A stretch of 33,332 nucleotides of DNA, from contig NC_057718.1 of assembly GCF_004010195.1 (NCBI RefSeq), forward strand, positions 62,507,928-62,541,259, in the 5' to 3' direction. Origin of the DNA: Chiloscyllium plagiosum. Its lineage: Eukaryota. Of the stretch, positions 1 to 11,857 are shown piece after piece. The translations under genes and the position numbers were made by a program. Every line of letters begins with the position of its first letter. The first letter of the stretch is position 1. The notes under the pieces are model-generated. The model searched no databases and was not told where the DNA came from. It worked only from the letters and a program-made list of their open reading frames with translations.

Positions 1-534
1 ATTTTTCCATGCCAGTGTTTTTATAAATTGTACCCTGTTTAATTTCTTAAAGGTAAAATGTCAGCATATGCAAAGCCTAAATGAATGTTATAACAAAGAG
101 ACATATGTTGAAGATTACCTGTGATAGCTTAACAGCATTCTAGTTTTAGCAGAACTTTGCTTACATTTGACTCCATGTCTTTTACTTTTCTGAGCTGTGT
201 AGGTGCATATCATGGAACCTAGGATCCCATGTTTAAAATGTAAACCTATGTTCCTAAATGTTTGAATGCTATTTTAGCTGTATATACATTAGATCTTGTT
301 GGTCACATATCTGTGGCAATAATGCTAATATAATGATTTTGAAAGCTTCAGGTTCATGGTGTTTTAAACAAGATAACCTACCTAATTGTTTAAAAAAAAC
401 ATAAATGAAGCTTGGGCTTCAATCATCAGGTTGTCAGGTCTACCAGCTGAATGTACACTGTAGCTAAAATATGAACATCTTTCTTGCCACCACCAAAGCC
501 CCCGCCCTCTGCCTTCCCCAGTCTAATTGTTACT

Positions 535-1140
535 TATAAGACCATAAGATATAGGAGCAGAATTAGCCATTTGGCCCTTTGAGTCTGCACTGCCATTCAA
601 TCATGACTGATATGTTTCTCAACCCCATCCTCTTGCCTTCTCCCTGTACCACTTGATCCCCTTACCAATCAAGACCTTATCTATCTCTGCCTTAAATACA
701 CTCAATAACTTGGCCTCCATAGCCCTCTGCTGCAATGAATTCCCCAGATTAACCACCCTCTGATGAAGAAATTCCCCTTTATCTCCATTCTGTTGGATGG
801 TCCCTGCAGTTTGTAGCTGTGCCCTCAGGTTTGAGTCTGTCCTGCTTGTGGAAATGTCTTCCCCACATTCACCCTATCCCAGCCTCTCACTATTCTGTAA
901 GCTACAATTGAATCCCTCTTCATCATTTTAAACTCCAAGTACAGAACCAAAGTCTTCAACCACTTCTCATATGATTAGCCCTTTATCCCAGAATCATTCT
1001 TGCAAACCTTGCCTGGACCTCTTCCAAGGCCAGCACATCCTTTCATTGATATGGAGCACTACACTGCTCACAATATTCAAAATACGGTCTGACCAGAATC
1101 TTATACAGCCTCAGCAATATATCGCTTCTCTTGTATCCTA
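535..1140 (-). mobile_element. Old CR1-type LINE, 3' end (host of the nested insertions)
   Basis: Begins taagaccataagatataggagcagaatt, the reverse complement of a CR1-like 3' tail, followed by decayed C-terminal ORF2. The sequence ...cttctcttgtatcctag resumes naturally at about 7044 (aatgaatgttaacattgcatttgccttcc). Confidence 0.75.
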
Positions 1141-2840
1141 GTCATAGTAATGTACAGCACGGAAACAGACCCTTTGGTCCAACTCGTCCATGCTGACCAG
1201 ATATCCCACCCCAATCTAGTCCACCTGTCAGCACCCGCCCCATATCCCCCCTAAGGCTTCCTACTCATATACTCATCCAGATGGCTTTTAAATGTTGCAA
1301 TTATACTAGCCTCCACCACTTCCTCTGGCAGCCCATTCCACACGCGCAGCACCCTCTGCGTAAAAAAGCTGCCCCTTAAGTCTCTTTTATATCTTTCCTC
1401 TCTCACCTAAACCTATGCCCTCTAGTTCTGGACTGCCCCACCCCAGAGAAAAGACCTTGTCTATTTACCCTATCCATGCCCCTCATGATTTTATAAACGT
1501 CTATAAGGTCACCCCTCAGCCTTCCTCCAGCTCTCCAGGGAAAACAGCCCCAGCCTATTCAACCTCTCCCTATAGCTTAAATCTTGCAACCCTGGCAACA
1601 TCCTAGTAAATCTTTTCTGAACCTTTTCAAGTTTCACGATATCCTTCTGATAGGAAGGAGACCGGAATTGCATGCAATATTCCAAAAGTGGCCTAACTAA
1701 TGTCCTGTAAAACCGCAACATGACCTCCCAACTCCTGTACTCAATACTCTGACCAATAAAGGAAAGCATACCAAACACCTTCTTCACTATCCTATCTATC
1801 TGCGACTCCACTTTCAAGGAGCTATGAACCTGTACTCCAAGGTCTCTTTGTTCAGCAACACTCCCTGGGACCATACCATTAAGTGTATAAGTCCTGCTAA
1901 GATTTGCTTTCACAAAATGCAGCACCTCGCATTTATCTCCATCTGCCCATCTGATCAAGATCCCATTGAAATCTGAGGTAACCTTCTTCGCTATCCGCTA
2001 CACCTCCAACTTTGGTGTCATCTGCAAACTTACTAACTATGTCTCCTATGTTCATGTCCCAGTCATTTATATAAATGACAAAAAGTAGTGGACCCAGCAC
2101 TGATCCTTGTGGCACTCCACTGGCCACAGGCCTCCAGTCTGAAAAAACTCCCTCTACCATCACCCTCTGTCTTCTACCTTTTTGAGCTAAATAGCTTCTG
2201 TACCCAAATAGCGAGTTCTCCCTGTATTCAATGAGATCTAACCTTGCTGACCAATCTCCCATTAGGAACCTTGTCGAACGCCTTACTGAAGTCCATATAA
2301 ATCATGTCTACTGCTCTGCCCTCATCGATCCTCTTTGCTACTTCTTCAAAAAACTCAATCAAGTTTGTGAGATATGATTTCCCACGCACAAAGCCATGTT
2401 GACTTTGCCTTTCCAAATACATGTACATTCTGTCCCTCAGGATTCCCTCCAACAACTTGCTCACCACCAACGTCAGGCTCACCAGTCTATAGTTCCCTGG
2501 CTTGTCTTTACCACCTTTCTTAAACAGCGGCACCACATTAGCCAACCTCCAGTCTTCTGACACCTCACCTGTGGCTATCGATGATACAAATATCTCAGCA
2601 AGAGGCCCAACAATCACTTCCCTAGCTTCGCATAGAGTTCTAGGGTACACCTGGGGATTTATCCACTTTTATGCACTTCAAGACATCCAGTACTTTCTCC
2701 ACTGGAATATAGACATTTTTCATGATGTCACCATGTATTTCCCAAATTCTATGTCTTCCAGGTCCTTTTCCACAGTAAACACTGATGCAAAATACTCATT
2801 TAGTATCTCCCCCATTTCCTGCGATTCCACACAAAGGCTG

Positions 2841-3927
2841 CCTTGCTGATCTTTGAGGGGTCCTGTTCTCTCCCAAGTTACCCTTTTGTTTTTAATGTAT
2901 TTGCAAAAACCCTTTGGATTCTCCTTAAACCTATTTGCCAAACCTATCTCATGTACCCTTTTTGCAGCTGCTAGTCCTGTCCATCGCTGAGGCACATTTC
3001 AGTAATAGCTATGATATCCCAGTCCCATGTTCCTAACCGTGCCCTGAGTTAATCTGCCTTCCATGTTAGGCCTGTTGTATCGAAATAAATGCAGTTTAAT
3101 TTATCAATCCTACCTTGTTCTCAGCTTTGTCCCTGCCTGCCATGACTGTTTGACTTGCTTCTTTTCTCAATTGTACCAGTCTCAGATTGATCTCTTTCCT
3201 CTCTATTTCCTTCTTGTACAGGTCACTTCTACCCCAGAAGAGATTCCAGTGATCCAAAAATGTGAATCCTTCTCCCATTCACCAGTTCCTCAACCATGCA
3301 TTCATTTGCTCTATCCTCTTATTTCTACCCTCACTAGCTCGTAGCACCGGAAGTAATCCAGATATTAATACTCTTGAGGACCTCCTTTTTAAATTCCTGT
3401 CTAACTCTCTTTTCTCCCTTCAGAATCTCATCATTTTCCCCTCCTATATCATTGGTTCCAATGTGTACAATGACATCCTGCTGGCCCCTCTCCTCCTTGA
3501 GATTATTCTGCACCCTCTTTGAGATATCCTTGATCCTGGCACCAGAAGGCAACACACCATTCTCATTTTTCACATAAAGTCCACCTTGCTGATCTTTGAG
3601 GGGTCCTATTCTCTCCCAAGTTACCCCTTTGTCCTTAATGTATTTGCCAAAACCCTTTGGATTCTCCTTAAACCTATTTGCCAAAGCTATCTCATGTACT
3701 CTTTTTGCAGCTGCCAGTCCTGTCCATCTCTGAGGCACATTTCAGTAATAGCTATGATATCCCAGTCCCATGTTCCTAACCGTACCGAGTTCATCTGCCT
3801 TCCATGTTCGGCCTCCTGTATCGAAATAAATGCAGTTATCAGTCTGACCTTGAAAATATTCTGCACCCTCTTTGAGATATCCTTGATCCTGGCACCAGAG
3901 AGGCAACACACCATTCTGATTTTTCAC
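2841..3927. repeat. Internal direct duplication within the CR1: 2841-3096 ~ 3584-3837 and 3504-3573 ~ 3857-3927
   Basis: ccttgctgatctttgaggggtcc...gaaataaatgcagtt occurs twice, and tattctgcaccctctttgagatatccttgatcctggcaccaga...ttttcac occurs twice. ORFs 2720-2995 and 3334-3738 start with near-identical peptides. Confidence 0.9.
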
Positions 3928-4738
3928 TGCTGGCCACAGACACGTCTGTCTGTGCCTAACACAATCGATCTCTTGGAACCCGACCCTCATTGCATTAGAA
4001 CCAGTCTCGATACCAGAAATGTGGCTGTTGGTGCTACATTCCCCTGAGAATCCACCAACCCGTACATTTTCCAAAACAGCATACTTATGTGAAATGGGGA
4101 TAGCTACAGAAGACTCCTACACTACCTGCCTACCTCTCTTGCCTTTTTTCCTGGCATTAACCCACCTATGTGACTGTATCTGCAGCTTTCCTCCCTTCCT
4201 ATAACTGTCATCTATCACACCCCCTAGCTCTTGTAAGTTCCTCATTGCCTCTAAGTGTCGCTCCAAGTGATCCATTCGATCTGATACCAAATGCAAGCAA
4301 CGGCATTTATTGTAGATATAATCCTCAGTAACCCATAAACTCTTCCTAAACTCCCACATCCGACAAGAAGAGTACATCACTCTACTTTGCTTCTTCCAGT
4401 CTGCAGACCCAGCAAATAGCACAATCTTATTCCTCTACAAAATACTGCTCTAGGCTAGCTTAATACTTATGGCTTATATTTTTAAGTTTAATCAAGAGAC
4501 ATATCTCAATAAAACATATAATCAAGAAAGAACCCACTCTACTCACTACTGCAGACTTACAGCAAGGCTACACTTAAAGCTATTCAATTTATGTGCAGTG
4601 ATCTCTCCCAAACAGGTTCATTCAAGATTAGTTGTGAATTTCACTGTTTGTTAATTTTCCTAGACTCACTCCAATGTTCAGAAATACATGAATTCAACAG
4701 CAAAGGCAGTAACTGCGCAGGTTCACTGCTGTGTCAGT

Positions 4739-4797
4739 TCTCTCTCACTCTCTCTCACTCTCTCTCTCTCTCTCTCACACTCTCTCTCTCTCTCTCC
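4739..4797. repeat. (TC)n microsatellite, imperfect
   Basis: tctctcactctctctcactctctctctc... read directly. Confidence 0.95.
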
Positions 4798-5085
4798 TGC
4801 ACAGGCTATGTGCTCCCTTTGTCTCTTCCTCTCCCTTTTAAAAGTGCCATTGTTTTGACCTTTCTCCCAAGTTCAAAAACAGTGCAACAGCATATAAAAC
4901 AGTAATTGTTGATCCTGGAATTCGAGGAAATCTCCTCCAACACCTAAAATAGCTCAAAAAAAAGAGCAGCCCATTACAGCCAGAAATTGTTACCAGGGAA
5001 GTGGCGTTTTTGATAAGGGATGGCATTACAGCTGTACTGAGGGAGGATATTCCCAGGAATACATCTAGGGAAGTTATTTGGGTGG

Positions 5086-6374
5086 GAGAAAGTGAGGACT
5101 GCAGATGCTCGATTACCAGAGTTGAAAAATGTGGTGCTGGAAAAACACAACAGGCCAAGCAGCATCCAAGGAGCAAGAGAATCAACGTTTTGTGCAGAAG
5201 CCCTTCAGGAATGCTTTTGTTTCGGGCATAAGCCCTTCTTCAGGAATGAGGCTGGTGTGCCAAGCGGGCTGAGATAAAAGGTAGGGTAGAGGGAATTTGG
5301 GGGAGGGCCGCTGGGAATACAATAGGTGGAAGGAGGTTAAGGTGAGGGTGATAGGCCAGAGAGGGGGTGGGGGCGGAGAGGTCGGGAAGAAGATTGCAGG
5401 TCAAGAAGGCGGTGCTTAATCCGAGGGTTGGGACTGAGATAAGGTGGGGGGAGGGGAAATGAGGAAGCTGGAGAAATCTACATTCATCCCTTGTGGTTGG
5501 AGGGTTCCTCGGCGAAAGATGAGGCGCTCGTCCTCCAGGCGTCATATGGCCAGGGTCTGGTGATGGAGGAGGCCAAGGACCTGCATGTCATTGACGGAGT
5601 GGGAGGGGGAGTTAAAGTGTTCAGCCACGGGGCGGTTTGGTTGGTTGGTGCGGGTGTCCCAGAGGTGTTCCCTGAAACGTTCCGCAAGTAGGCGGCCTGT
5701 CTGCCCAATGTAGAGGAGACCACATCAGGTGCAGCGGATGCAGTAAATGATGTGTATGGAGGTGCAGGTGAAATCGCGAAGGATATAGAAGGATCCATTG
5801 GGGCCTTGGAGGGAGGTGAGGGGGGATGAGTGGGCGCAGGTTTTGCACTTCTTGCGGTTGCAGGGGAAGGTGCTGGGAGTGGAGGTTGGGTTGGTGTGGG
5901 GTGTGGACCTGACGAGGGAGTCACGGAGGGAGTGGTCTCTCCTGAATGCTGATAAGGGTGGAGAGGGAAATATATCCCTGGTGGTGGGTTCTCTCTGGAG
6001 GTGGTGGAAATGACGGAAGATGATACGATGTATCCGGAGGTTGGTGGGTGGAAGGTGAGGACCAGTGGGGTTCTGTCCTGGTTGCGATTGGAGGGGCGGG
6101 TTCAAGGGCGAAGGTGCGGGAAGTGGAGGAGATGCAGTGGAAGGTGTCGTCAACCACTTCTGAGGGGAAATTGCGGACTTTGAAGAAGGAGGCCATTTGA
6201 ATTGTTCGGTAGTGGAATTGGTCCTCCTGGGAGCAGATGCGAAGGAGGCGGAGGAATTGGGAATATGGGATGGCGTTTTTACAGGGGGCAGGGTGGGAGG
6301 AGGTGTAATCTAGGTAGCTTTGGGAGTCGGTCGGTTTGTAGTAAATGTCTGTGTTGAATTGGTCGCCCGAGATA
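5086..6374 (-). mobile_element. Penelope-like element (Neptune type), 5'-truncated, relatively young, with 16-bp TSD
   Basis: Exact flanking direct repeat GAAGTTATTTGGGTGG at 5070-5085 and 6375-6390. Minus strand reads TDIYYKPTDSQSYLDYTSSHP..CKNAIPYSQFLRL.RICS (RT thumb), CNRKKCKTC (Cys linker typical of Neptune) and IYCIRCT*CGLLYIGQTGRLLAERFREH (GIY-YIG). Many CpGs retained. Confidence 0.92.
5219..5248 (-). ncRNA. Minimal hammerhead ribozyme core in the Penelope terminal repeat (a second, degenerate core at 5179-5213)
   Basis: Minus strand: cauuc-CUGAAGA-A-GGGC-uuau-GCCC-GAAAC, i.e. CUGANGA box, perfect 4-bp stem II and GAAA box. No NUH cleavage triplet directly follows this copy. Confidence 0.7.
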
Positions 6375-7044
6375 GAAGTTATTTGGGTGGAACTGAGAAA
6401 TAATAAAGGGATAATCACCTTATTGGGATTATAGACCCCCTAACAGGAAATTGAGAAACAAATCTGTAAGGAGGTCTCAGTTATCTGTAAGAATAATAGG
6501 GTGGTTATGGTAGGGGATTTTAACTTAGACTGGGACTGCCATAGTGTTAAGGGTTTAGATGGAGAGGAATTTAAATACAAAAAAATTTTCTGATTTAGTG
6601 GATCACTCTGGTGGATGTACCTACTAGGGAAGGTGCAAAATGACCTACACTTGGGAAATAAAGCAGGGCAGGTGACTGATGTGGCAGTGAGGGAGCACTT
6701 TGGTGCAGCGACCATAATTCTATTAGTTTTAAAATAGTGATGGAAATGATAGACCAGATCTAAACGCTGAAGTTCTAAAACGGAGGAGGCTAATTTTGAT
6801 GGTATTTGGCAAGAACTTTCAAAAGCTAATTGGGGGCAGATGTTCGCAGGTAAAGGATGGCTGGAAAATAGGAAGCCTTCAGAAATGAGATGACTAGAGT
6901 TCAGAGACAGCATATTCCAGTTAGGGTGAAAGAAAAGGCTAGTAGGTGTAGGGAAAGCTTGATGACTAGAGAAATTGAGCATTTGGTTAAGAAAAAAAAG
7001 GAAGCATATGCCAGGTATAGACAGGATAGATTGGGTGAATCTTT

Positions 7045-9560
7045 AATGAATGTTAACATTGCATTTGCCTTCCTAACTGCCAACCGAACCATGCCAACCT
7101 GAAGAGAATCCAGAACTAGGCCCGTTAAGTCCCTTTGTCTTTCTGATTTCCAAAGCCTTTCACCATTAGTAGAAAGTAAAGAGGTGTAGTCTATTTTCTA
7201 AAAGTGCATAACCTCACACTTTCCCACATTGTATTCCATCTACCACTTTGCCCACTTTACTAGCTTATCTAAGTCCTTCTGCAGCCACCCACTTCCTTAA
7301 TGCTACCTGTCCCTCCACCTATCTTTGTCATCTGCAAACTTAGCAGCAATGTTCTCAGTTCCTTTGTCCAGATCGTTAGTATATAACATGAAAGATGTGC
7401 TCGCGACATGGACCCTTGTGGAATTCCACAAATCACCAGCTCCCATCCTAAAAAAGACCCCTTAATCACCACTCTCTGTCTTCTGCCCATTAACAAATCC
7501 TCTGTCCACACCAACACCTTGCCTCATGATATCTTATTTAGCAGCCTCCTCTGTGGCACCTTATCAATGCCTTCGATAAATCCAAATAGATCAAATCCAT
7601 TGGCTTTCCTTTGTCTAAAGTGTTCATTACCTCCTCAAAGAATTCCAATGGATTTGTCAGGTATGACCTCCTCTTGACAATGCAGTGCTGAATTTGCCCT
7701 TTACTAGCACTTTCAAATACTCTGCAATCTCATTCGTAATAATGGACTCTAAATTCTTATCAATGACTGAGGTCAGGCTAACTGGCCTGTAGATTCCCGT
7801 GTTCTGACTCCCTCCCTTCTTAAACAAGGGTGTTAGATTAACCATTTTCCATTTCTCCGGGACACTTCCTGAAAGATCACTACCAATGCTTCTACAATCT
7901 CCTCAGCTGTCTCCTTCAGAACTATGGGTGTAGTCCATCTGGTCTGGGTGATATATCACTTGCAGACCTTTCAACTTCCCCAGCACCTTCTCCTTAATGA
8001 TGACCACTCCACTCTCACCTTTGCCTTCTGATTCTCTTTAAATTCTGGTATGCTGCTGGTGTCTTCACTATGAACACTGATAAAAAGTATCTGTTCAGTT
8101 CTTACAGTTCACCATTACTATGTGTCCGGTCTCTTTTCCAGTGGTCCTATGTCCACTCTTGCCACTGTCTTAGCCTTTTTAGATACCTAAAAGATCTCTT
8201 GCAATTTAATGTTATTAGCTAGCTTACTCTTATATTTTAACTTCTCACCCCTTTTTTTTTTTTTAGTTGTCCTCTGCTTGTTTTTAAAGGCTTCCCTCCT
8301 AAGACTTCCCAATAATCTTCACCACATTGTCTTTACCACATCTTCGCTTCCCTTGTCAGCCATGGTTACCTCATTCTCCCCGTAGTATATTTCCTCTTCC
8401 ATGAGATGAGTTACCCTCAGAAACTCCTGCCATTGCTTCTCCACTGTCTTCCCTCGATCATTGCCCCCCTAGGGATTCCTTCACCTTAATCTCTCTAATC
8501 AAGTCTGTCTCATTACATAATGCCAAATCTAGAAATGTCTTTTCCTAAGTGGGCCCTCCCACAAGCTGCTCTGAAAACCATCTCTTATACATTCCACAGA
8601 TTTGTTTTCTTGAGACTTGCCACCAACTTGATTTTCCTAGTCAACTTGTTTATTGAAGTCCCCAATGATGATTGTGATAGTGTCTTTCTTACATGCTGTT
8701 TCTAACTACTGATTTATTTTGTTCTCCATATCTTGACTACTGTTAGGAAGCCTGTACATGACTCCCATCATGCTTTTATTTTGCGATTCAACAACTCTAC
8801 CCACACTGATTCTAGGCCTTCCACTTCTTCCACATGTCACTTGTTGCTATCGATTTAATTTAACTTCATTTCTTACAAAGAAGGTTCAGTTATTAATCAG
8901 TAGATTATTAATTATTTTTATTTTAGTCCTTAGCAACTCATATTCCCTCAGCAGAATCTCTCTTCATTCCACCTATGTCATTGGTCCCTACATAATCACA
9001 ACAATTGATTCTTTTCCCTCCCAATCCAATTTCCTCTGCAGTCCAGATGAGATATCCTGAATCCAGGCTGCAGGCAGGCAACACAGCCTTTGGGACTCAC
9101 AATCCTGTCTACTTCCCTGACTATACCATCCCCAAGTAGAATTACATTTCTTTTTCCTTCAGCCTCTGTACCACAGTGCTTTGGTCAGTTTACTCATCAT
9201 CCCTACAGCCCCCACTTACATCCACACGGAGCAATAACCTCAAACCTGTTAGAGAAGCTCAACGGCTGAGGCTGTTTCAGAATTATCTCCTGGATACCTT
9301 TACCTGTCTTGCTCATAATAACACCCTCCTGTCCCTGCCCACGAACTGAATTCAAGGTAATTAACCTAAGAGGTGTGACTGTCTCCTGAAACAGTATCCC
9401 TTGCTGATACATTGCAGTATTCAAAGCTCAGACTGTAGCTCTGAGCAGAGTTCCTCAAGCAATCAACACTTATTTTGATGTGGTCAATACGAACCACAAT
9501 GGGGTCCATCAGCTTCCACATCATGCAATTACAAAACATCGCCTGGCCCAGCATCTTTTT
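7045..9560 (-). mobile_element. Old CR1-type LINE, remainder (RT, endonuclease, ORF1), heavily decayed
   Basis: ORFs 7269-7517 (RRQRVVIKGSF..W..V..GIPQGS) and 7657-7845 (LTPLFKKGG....YRPVSLTSV). Esterase-like LCCLPAAWIQDISSGLQ near 9030-9090. ORF1 start MLGQAMFCNCMMWKLMDP at 9554. Confidence 0.8.
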
Positions 9561-10123
9561 TTTTCAGTTTCTTATTCCTTAGATCTTTTTAAAAAAATTG
9601 TACTGGTGTTATATTTTGACATGTGTATGTATTTCCCCTATTAACCTCCAATCTCCAAATAACCTATAACAGATCGTCAAATTATTAGCTAACTCCAACC
9701 AATGAACCTATGGTGTATTACTGCTTTGTGTTGGACCCCTGATCCTGAGCTTCAATTTATCCGGTTAAAACAACCTAATAAATGATGAGCCAAAAAAAAA
9801 CAAGCAAAAAGCACCTGTTCCCCTCGGTACCAAATGCCCAAATTGTCTCCAGAGTCCCTAAACTATATATTCACTCAAGCTATGATTCACTTTTGACGGA
9901 ATATGTCATTCCTGTTTGTGTGAAGCTTACTGATCATGTGTTTTCACTATTGTTGATTTAAGAAATTAAGTCTGCACAGGTGAGTGGACTTGTGGTAGAT
10001 GCAGAACTAGTGCTGCAAACTTATAAAAATGTTACAGTAAATAAGATGCAAAGCCCCTTAGGCAGTTCAGTTTCAATACTTAAGCTAATGCAAATCATGG
10101 TTCCTTTTCAATTACAGTTGTAA

Positions 10124-10438
<315 letters not shown>

Positions 10439-11753
10439 TAGGGTTACGTATTGTTTAGAAAATGCTTATACAGTACAAATTTAGTTAATTTTACCTGAGC
10501 TAAATATTTGTCAGTGGCAATGTAATTATGCATATTCTTATCTTTTTCCTGTGATGTCATTACTTTATAAACCCCTCCCCCATAATTCCAAATCTCTTCA
10601 AAAAGTTATACATTTTTTTCTCATAAATAGTGCCTGCTTTAAATGCTTTTACAGCTCTTCATCCACACTGTTTTTCACTGTTACAAAACATTTAAAACAA
10701 AAAGCCTTAATTTAAACACTAATTAGGGTATATCACTTTTAAATGTTTTGTAATCAAGAACTGTGTTTGTATCTCATGATCTTTTTGCTTCATTTATTTT
10801 TCTTTGTCATGCTGTGTTGTATGCATATGTTGATAAGCAATACTGTCTTTTACCAGATTGACCATCATTCAGTTTTTATTTACTACTTATTGATCATAAA
10901 CAAGGTTGTGTTTTAAATTACCCTATTGTTACATTAAAGGGGAAATGAGAAAGCTGAGTAGATTATAAATAATGCAATGAAGTTTAAATTTAACTCTTTT
11001 AAAAGTCAATCTAATCATTCGAATTAAGCCCCATAAATTCAAGTTGGTCTGGAATTACAATATACAGTGTATCTCAAATCTTAAGTGAAAAATTATATAT
11101 CGAAGTGCAGCCGAACAGAATTGCATAATTCAACTGAATTAAGGCAGAACAAATTATGTTGTTATTGCAGACTTTCTGTCTTAAAGAATTTGAACAGCAA
11201 CTGAGAGACAGTGAGTGTAAAAGAACAGCAGCTACTCTGGTCTGCATGGGAAATGTTTTATATAACCTTCTCTACTGGACAAAGAGAATCCTGGGGAAAG
11301 TTGATCAAAGAGGACAAATCTGCAGTAATTTGAGGACAATTGGAATAGAAGGGAAAGGAATCGCTGGTAGGCCGTACTGCTGAAAGTCAGTTCAAAAAGT
11401 TGAGGCAAATGTTTGGTTTTAGGATGTTAAAACAGTGAAACAGAGTTTGAACCCCTTGGAAACTGAGAGCAAGGGTAGACTGTTCTCTATAAAAACTGCA
11501 GTCCTGTGGAGTGCCTTGCTAGCTGTCTGCGTGATATGCTGAAGTCCTAAAAGTCACCAAGTTATCCTCAGTGCAGTGTATTCATTTTTCTTACACACAG
11601 GTGATTCTTGAGTTTCTCTGAGAGAGGCTTCTTCGTGATTACCTGTTTGAATCTCAAAACATTGTTATTCTTCTGGACCTTCTTGCTCTGAGTGTCTAGG
11701 GGTGATGGTTTGTTGTATTCAGCTTTGAAGTAATAAAACAACAGCCAATCCAA

Positions 11754-11771
11754 CTGTTGTTGTTGTTGTTG
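11754..11771. repeat. (TTG)n microsatellite
   Basis: tgttgttgttgttgttg; it explains the poly-Q start of ORF 11568-11774. Confidence 0.85.
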
Positions 11772-11857
11772 CACCTGTCTTTGTTTGCAGTCATCTTATC
11801 TGTCCTTATGCCTGATGATTCTTAATTAGCTGTCAAAGCTTAGAGAATCCAAGACAT

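Larger units (their letters stand above)
1141..4994 (-). mobile_element. Younger HER1/CR1-type LINE, near full length, internally deleted and duplicated
   Basis: 3' tail at 1141 (gtcatagtaatgtacagcacggaaacagaccc). Frameshifted RT ORFs 1509-2995 with YMDFSKAFDKV, GVPQGSVLGPLLFVIYIND and KFADDTK. ORF1 esterase motifs GARIKDISKRV and VIVHIGTNDIG (about 3200-3915). ORF1 N-terminal Cys/coiled-coil region at 4117-4422. Putative 5' UTR to about 4994. Confidence 0.9.
4995..7044 (+). mobile_element. CR1 ORF2 apurinic-endonuclease/tether segment in + orientation, split by a Penelope insertion
   Basis: VAFLIRDGITAVLREDIP..SREVIWV (4995-5085) continues at 6375 as EVIWVELRNNKG, then VVMVGDFN, a SDH-like motif near 6709, and ...KKEAYARYRQDRLGESL at about 7044. 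Confidence 0.85.

Noticed and set aside
5240..6183. Multiple overlapping Pro/Ser- or Gly-rich ORFs (also 14377-14927 and 19932-21078)
   Set aside because: Alternative-frame and antisense shadows of the C-rich Penelope coding strand, not independent genes.
11000..11850. Possible solo LTR or unclassified repeat (ORFs 11156-11383, 11568-11774)
   Set aside because: No clear TG...CA ends, TSD or second copy; the ORFs have no recognisable motif and the poly-Q comes from a (TTG)n microsatellite.
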